DNA of 64,000 bases from Eledone cirrhosa (taxonomy: Eukaryota): positions 44,020,001-44,084,000 of the forward strand of contig OZ024750.1 of assembly GCA_964016885.1 (NCBI GenBank), in the 5' to 3' direction. A program made the translations under genes and the position numbers. This document shows positions 55,790-64,000 of this stretch, piece after piece (position 1 is the first letter of the stretch; each line of letters opens with the position of its first letter). Below the pieces are notes generated by a model, which was not told the origin of the DNA, searched no databases, and saw only the letters and a program-made list of their open reading frames with translations.

Positions 55790-58716
55790 ATACACATACA
55801 TATATACATATATACATATATACACATACATATATACATATATACACATACATATATACATATATACACATACATATATACATATATACACATATACACA
55901 TACATATATACATATATACACATACATATATACATACATACACATACATATATACATATATACACATACATATATACATATATACACATACATATATACA
56001 TATATATATATACATATATACATATCTACACATACACATATACATATATACACATACATATATACACATACATATATACATATATACACATACATATATA
56101 CATACACATAGATATATACATATATACACATACATATATACATATATACACATACATATATACATATCTACACATACATATATACATACACATAGATATA
56201 TACATATATACACATACATATATACATATATACACATACATATATACATATCTACACATACATATATACATATATATACACATACATATCTACACATACA
56301 TATATACATATATACACATACATATATACATATATACACATACATATACACATATATACACATATATAAATACTCACTACACACATATGCATGCATACAT
56401 ACGTGGAGACACGCGCACTTACTAGATATATTGCCTCACAACTATGAATACGCACACACACACACACAGAACCATACATATAGATACACATACATACACA
56501 CACACACACAGAAACATACATATAGACACACACATACACACACACACACATACACACACACACACAGTCACAGAAACATACATACAGATACACACACACA
56601 CAAACACAGAAACATACATATAGATACAGACACACACACACACAGACACAAACACAGTCACAGAAACATACATATAGATACATACACACACACACAGAAA
56701 CATACATATGGATACACACACACACACACACACAGAAACATACATATAGATACACACACACAGAAACATACATATAGATACACACACACATAAATACAGA
56801 AACATACATATAGGTACGCACACACACACACACATACACATACATATAGATACACACAGACACACACACACACACAGAAACATACATATAGATACGCACA
56901 CACACACACACATACTCATACATATAGATATACACACACACAGAGACACTGTCACAGAAACATACATATAGATACACACACACACACACACAGACACATA
57001 TATATATAGATACACACACACACACAGAAACATACATATGGATATATACACACACACACACACACTCACAGAAACATACATATAGATACACACACACACA
57101 CACAAACACAGAAACATACATATAGATACACACACACACACAGAAACATACATATAGATACACACACACACAGAAACATACATATGGATATACACACACA
57201 CACACACACACTCACAGAAACATACATATAGATACACACACACACACATACACACAGAAACATACATACAGATATACACACACACAAACACAGAAACATA
57301 CATATAGATACACACACACACACACACACACAAACATATAGATACACACACACACACACAGAAACATACATATAGATACACACACACACACACACACACA
57401 TACACACACACAGAAACATACATATAGATACACACACACACACACACATACACACACACACACAGAAACATACATATAGATGCACACACACACACACACA
57501 CAAACACAGAAACATACATATAGATATACACACACACACACACACTCACGGAAACATACAAATAGATACACACACACACACACAGAAACATACATATAGA
57601 TACACACACACAAACACAGAAGCATACATATAGATACACACACGCATATACACACACAAACATACATATATATACACACACACACAGAGAAACATACATA
57701 TAGATACACACACACAAACACAGAAACATACATATAGATACACACACACACACACAGAGAAACATACATATAGATACACACACACAAACACAGAAACATA
57801 CATATAGATACACACACACAGACACACACAAACAGAAACAAGTCACATTTACACAGAGCAAACACAAACACAAACACACACATACACACGCAGACACTAA
57901 CCACATGCGGACACACACACTCACACACACACACAGTTATACATACGCATATATACACACACACACATATATACACACACACAGATACAGACGCACACAT
58001 ATGCACACACATATATACACACACACACGGATACACACACACAGATACACACCCACCCAGATACAAACACATACACATACATACACACACACATACATAT
58101 ACACACACACAGATACACACACACAGATACGCACACACAGATACACACACACAGATACACACATACATATACACACACACACAGATACACACACACATAT
58201 ACACACACACACCACACACACACACACACATACACACACACACAGATACACCCACACACAGATACACACCCACACACAGATATACACACACACATAGATA
58301 CACACACACACAGAGATACAAACACACACACCTACATTTATATAATCCCAGGAACAAGTATAAACACAAGTGCAAAGCCACACATTAGACACAGACGCAT
58401 ATTTGTAAGTACGCAAACAATCACACACACACATACACACACACACACACACATACACACATACACACACACGCACACACATATGCACCCACACACATAC
58501 ACACGCACCCACACACACACACATACACACACACAAAGAGACACACTAATACCAACGTAAACACACACTAAATAAAATAGACACTGCATGAATACACAAA
58601 CGTAATATATAAACCACATATGTCGCACACACACACACTCACACACATACACAAACATATACAGTCACACACAGTCACACTCACACACTCACACACACAT
58701 ACACACACTTACACAG

Positions 58717-58752
<36 letters not shown>

Positions 58753-58985
58753 ACACACACACAGTCACACTCACACTCACACACACACACGAACAGACCA
58801 CATAGTCACACACGTACACACACAGTCACACACACACACACACACAAACGCACACACACACACCGTATTTATACGCTACATACACAGAGACACCCATACA
58901 TACGTTTACACATTCATACGTTCACACATACTACATACGCTCTCAAATACATTCACACTCACACTCACACACACATACACACATA
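55790..58985. repeat. ~3.2-kb (CA)/(TA) compound satellite with a recurrent cagaaacatacatatagata motif
   Basis: Directly visible. Confidence 0.9.
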
Positions 58986-59112
58986 CCTTGTTGAACGTGA
59001 AGTTGTTTAACCCTGGGTCAATCCTGGTTGAGCAGACATATGATCAAAGGTATTCCTTAGCCGTGATCATCCCTCCTCCTCCGTGTGGAAATATGAAGAG
59101 AACATTATCTTA

Positions 59113-59300
59113 ATGGATTGGCAGTATCGGTAGAGGGTCGGACGCCATGCTTTGACGCATAGAGTTACGGCCCTTTATGATATGAGTTCAAATCCCGCCG
59201 AGGTTAACTTTGCCTTTCATCCTTACGGAGGTCGATAAAATAAAGTACCAGTAATGCACTGAGTTAATTGCTGGCCTTGTGCCAAATGTAGAAACAATTA
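59113..59300 (+). mobile_element. SINE S1
   Basis: Full match; short TSD attatctta. Confidence 0.9.
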
Positions 59301-59631
59301 TCTTATAAATAGTTACATTTGAAGAAGAAGGAGAAGATGAAGGAGAGGGAGAAGAAGAAGAAGAAGAAGAAGAAGAAGGAGAAGAAGAAGAGAAGGAGAA
59401 GACAAAGAAAAAGATGTCTAGATTGTCTTCTGTTTGGTGTGATTTGAGGAACAATTGGCTGCTATTTCTCGCTGTTAAATGACCACATCAAGGTGTCCTC
59501 AGGTGTCCTCAGTAATGAGAGCGGGTGGTGAGAGATTGAGTAAATATATAAGGTGGGTGGGGGTAGAAGTGAGGTGTTGGGATGGGGGTCTGTAGGGTGT
59601 CTTTGGTGGAGGGAATTAACCAATTAACACC

Positions 59632-59665
59632 ATAGTAGTAATAGTAGTAGTAGTAGTAGTAGTGG

Positions 59666-59734
<69 letters not shown>

Positions 59735-59773
59735 CAATAGTAGTAGTTGTAGTAGTAGTAGTAGTAGTAGCAA

Positions 59774-59806
<33 letters not shown>

Positions 59807-59887
59807 CAATAGTAGTAGTAGTAGTAGTAGTGGGAGTAGTAGTAGTAGTAGTAATTGTTGTAGTAGTAGTAGCAATAGTAGTAGCAA

Positions 59888-59935
<48 letters not shown>

Positions 59936-60565
59936 GAGTAGTAGTAGTAGTGGTAGTAGTTGTAGTAGTAGTAGCAATAGTAGTAGTAGTAGTAGTAGTG
60001 GGATTAGTAGTAGTAGTAGTTGTAGTAGTAGTAGCAATAGTAGTAGTAGTAGTTGTAGTAGTAGTAGTAGTAGTAGTGGGAGTAGTAGTAGTAGTGGTAG
60101 TAGTAGTAGTAGTGGTAGTAGTTGTAGTAGTAGTAGCAATAGTAGTAGTAGTAGTAGTGGGATTAGTAGTAGTAGTAGTTGTAGTAGTAGTAGCAATAGT
60201 AGTAGTAGTAGTTGTAGTAGTAGTAGTAGTAGTAGTGGGAGTAGTAGTAGTAGTGGGAGTAGTAGTAGTGGGAGTAGTAGTAGTAATAGTTGTAGTAGTA
60301 GTATCAGAAATAGTAGTATTGGGGGTGGAGATGGCAGTAACGATAATGATGATGATGAGGAGGGAGGAGGAAGATGAGTTGGTGGTGATGATGATGATGA
60401 TCAGGGTGGTGGTGACGATGGTGGTGATAGTGGTGATGGTGACGATGGTGATGGTCAGGGTGGTGGTGACGATGGTGGTGATAGTGGGTGATGGTGACGA
60501 TGTTGGTGGTCAGGGTGATGGTGATGATGGTGATGATGATAGAAATGATGATGATTATGATGGTG
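59632..60565. repeat. (GTA)n then (GAT/GGT)n tracts
   Basis: Directly visible; 159-bp internal period (ggattag at 60001 and 60160). Confidence 0.9.
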
Positions 60566-60879
60566 ATTCTAATCATCATCATCATCGACATCATTATCAT
60601 GTGACCACAGAGTGACGCCGGAAGACAACCCCCCCCCCCCATATGACAAGGACGAATGACACGTCACTTCCGGCCACTCTTTCCTTTTCTCCCCCTTCCT
60701 CCCATCTCATTCTCTCTCTTACTTTCTCTCCCTCTTCTCTCTCCCTCTTTCTCTTTCTCTCTCTCACTCTCTCTCTCTCCCTTTTTTTTTAATTGACCAA
60801 TACTAACCCACTACCACCACTACCATCATCAAATCAACACCCCCCACAACTCCCCACCACAAACTCCCACCATCGTCTC

Positions 60880-61925
60880 AGCAACACCACTACCACCACC
60901 ACAACCACCCCACTACAATAACCCCAACGCCACCACGTACACCACTACAACCACTAGCACCAGCAACAACAACAACAACACCAATGCTGTCACTAGAACT
61001 GTGGCAGCACACCTGCCAACACATCCACCACCAAAGCCCCCACACCACCTCCACGACGACATCGTCCGCCACCACCACCCCCAAAACTACCACACCCAAA
61101 ACCAGTGCCTCCAACACCACCAAAAGCGTTGCCTCCAACAACACTAGCACCACCACCACTAACACCACCACCAACACCACCACTAATACCACCACCAAAA
61201 CCTCCACTAACACCACCACCAAAACCACTGCCTCCAAAACCACCACTAACACCACCACTAACACCACCACCAACACCACCACTAACACCACCACCAAAAC
61301 CACTGCCTCCAAAACAACCACTAACACCACCACCAACACCACCACCAACACCACCACTAACACCACCACCAACACCACCACCAACACCACCACTAACACC
61401 ACCACCAAAACCACTGCCTCCAACACCACAACTAACACCACCACCAACACCACCACCACCAAAGCCACTGCCTCCAACACCACCACTAACACCACCACTA
61501 AAACCACTGCCTCCAAAACCACTGCCTCCAAAACCACCACTAACACCACCACTAACACCACCACCAACACCACCACTAACACCACCACCAAAACCACTGC
61601 CTCCAAAACAACCACTAACACCACCACCAACACCACCACCAACACCACCACTAACACCACCACCAACACCACCACCAACACCACCACTAACACCACCACC
61701 AAAACCACTGCCTCCAACACCACAACTAACACCACCACCAACACCACCACCACCAAAGCCACTGCCTCCAACACCACCACTAACACCACCACTAAAACCA
61801 CTGCCTCCAAAACCACTGCCTCCAACGCCAACACTAACACCACCACCAAAAGCACTTGCTCCAATACTACCACTACCAACACCACTGCCTCCAAAACAAC
61901 CACCAAAACCACTACTAACGCCACC
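60880..61925. repeat. (CCA/ACA)n triplet tract with a 294-bp tandem duplication
   Basis: aaaacaacca at 61311 and 61605; aaagccactg at 61461 and 61755. Confidence 0.9.
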
Positions 61926-62300
61926 TTTAACGAATTTACAGGAGATTGAGAGAGTCGAAGTCTTGCGTCTTGAGATCAAATCTAGCCGAGGGTCGATAAA
62001 TGAAGTATCAGTCATTGTCAAGGTCGTTGCTATTGTAAGACTTACAGTACAACACCTTACAACAGTTATTAACAGTTTTAGATATGTATGCGTCTGTGTA
62101 TGGGCCAGAAAATTCTCATAGAGACGTTGTGTGGCCGTTTTACCAACATACGGCGGTTCTGGAGCATTTTAAGCCTGCTGGAGCCCATCCCTCCCCAGGC
62201 CTGAATTCAGCAGATTTCTTCCAGAGAAAGATAGAAAGTGAGAGAGAGGAAATGAGAAAGAGATATAGAGGAAGAATCAACCCCAGTACTAGACTGGTAG

Positions 62301-62409
<109 letters not shown>

Positions 62410-62529
62410 AGAAAAAAAGAAAATGAGTGTTGCGACGAATGGAATTCATCGGACACTAGCAGAGGTACCCGGCCTTGCTCCGGTATTAAATAGCAGTTAT
62501 GTATACCATTTATGTTAATACTTCAGTGC

Positions 62530-62900
62530 TACTTCGAAAACTATACCTTTACAAAATCATCGGCTTTTTCCAAAAGGGGGTTCCTGCCCCCAGGGGTATC
62601 CTACTCAATATGTGCCAATTCTGAGAGTTCACATTCATCTGTAGAACAAACGTAGCCCATGTGTGAAGTTTTGTGTAAATCGGTTGCGAACTCCAGAAGT
62701 TATGACGTTTTGTTGCATTGCACTGCATGTCTTCAGTCGACTCCAAGGAAGCGGTTGAAGGGGGTTATCTGCCGGAGGCCCTATAATCAATATCCTAAAT
62801 GAAAGTGCTCATGACCATCCGGAGTACTTAAGTAACCTATGTCTTAAGTTTGGTGAAAATACTGTAGAAATGCATAAGGTTTACACACAGACACACACAC
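62530..62900 (+). mobile_element. Possible non-autonomous Helitron/Helentron-like remnant
   Basis: atgtgtgaagttttgtgtaaatcggttg and atgtcttaagtttggtgaaaat followed by acagacacac, motifs I associate with such elements; termini not found. Confidence 0.35.
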
Positions 62901-63233
62901 ACACGTGTGTATGTGTGTGTGTGTGTGTTTGTGTGTGTGTATGTATTTGTGTGTGCGTATGTATGTGTATATCCGTCGGCGCATACTATGTACTGGACTA
63001 AATCTTCACTATTTACTTTTACTATTTTAATAACCTGTCATTTTCGTTTTCAATTTTATTTACATCATTCTTAAACTCCGGGGCTGGAAATCATTCGGTT
63101 ATTTTAAATAGAACATTAGTCTAACGACTCCATTTATACCATAAACTTGGTCTTGTCTTTGCATGAAATTGTTATTCTCGGTCCACATAACGACGTATTA
63201 TCCTCGCTTTTTCTTCCGTTCATTACCAGGGAA

Positions 63234-63371
63234 CGTCTTCCTGTTTTCCTTCGGTTGCAACGTTTCGCATAATATTTACTTCTGCGTTTACAGATTGAAT
63301 TTTTTAGTTTCAGAAGATCCCGTTAATGTTGAAAGCAGCGATTCTTTGCTTAAACTTTAATCTGTTCTTAT

Positions 63372-63402
<31 letters not shown>

Positions 63403-63545
63403 TTATTAAAATAACAGATTAAAGTTTAAGCAAAGAATCGCTGCTTTCACCCTTAACGGGATCTTCTGAAACTAACAAAGTCAATCTGTAAACGCAGAAC
63501 TGGATATTTCAAAAAACGTTGCAACCGGAGGAAGACAGGAAGACG
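63234..63545. mobile_element. Inverted pair of diverged repeat copies flanking a central (TA)n
   Basis: Arms ~63234-63375 and ~63403-63545; inner terminus aaactttaatctgtt also at ~39890-39904. Confidence 0.65.
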
Positions 63546-63583
63546 ATACTTTGGTTCGTGGAAATGTTCCCTATGCAAATAAG

Positions 63584-63629
<46 letters not shown>

Positions 63630-63631
<2 letters not shown>

Positions 63632-63719
63632 CGTTTCTGAATTTGTTTAGCAAGATTCTTTATCTGAAATCGTGTGTTGAAACCGATATTGTTATACTAA
63701 CATGACCCTCCCAAAGTAT

Positions 63720-63725
<6 letters not shown>
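63630..63725 (+). mobile_element. Family N tail-only fragment between (TA)n tracts
   Basis: aacatgaccctcccaaagtataacaata is the reverse complement of 22847-22874. Confidence 0.65.
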
Positions 63726-63762
<37 letters not shown>

Positions 63763-63816
63763 TATGTATGCACATATATATATATTTATATATATATGTG
63801 TGTGTGTATGTATGTA

Positions 63817-63876
<60 letters not shown>

Positions 63877-64000
63877 GGGTATGACATTAAACTACATCCA
63901 GTGGCAAGGCTCCAGTTCGGGAGTTCAGGAGATGTGGGGAATGTGGAGTTACCCCTTAGTTGTCATGACTCCCAGGTCTGCCCTGGCCCGGGGTGGTAGT

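Noticed and set aside
63255-63300. HHR in the 63.2-63.5 kb arms (ctgtaaa...gcgaaacgtt, minus)
   Set aside because: Core has two mismatches and stem I does not pair.

Overview
AT-rich, microsatellite-saturated eukaryotic intergenic or intronic DNA. The repeat content resembles an Octopus/cephalopod genome; this is inferred from recalled repeat sequences, not from a search. No host protein-coding exon can be supported: nearly all listed ORFs are translations of (TA)n, (CA)n or triplet repeats. Real coding remnants are all retroelement-derived: a Penelope-like element (PLE) RT-thumb/linker fragment at ~23.4-23.9 kb, an Ingi/Vingi-like 3' end at ~18.5-19.1 kb, RTE-type 3' ends, and a two-copy internally deleted RTE derivative retaining a C2H2 finger. 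About 28 copies of one tRNA-derived SINE are present, several with clear TSDs. The main signal is a population of about 20 short (100-600 bp) elements from several sequence-unrelated families sitting inside (TA)n tracts. They share (i) minimal type-I hammerhead ribozyme (HHR) motifs, five with intact cores and paired stem I, (ii) a foldback architecture with a one-sided tail, in two families folded at the HHR stem II position, and (iii) a common ACTC...GAGT(A/G) stem in the tail. They read as PLE pseudo-LTR/retrozyme-like mini-elements with a recurrent two-ended integration signature. All coordinates and alignments were made by eye and may be off by a few bases.
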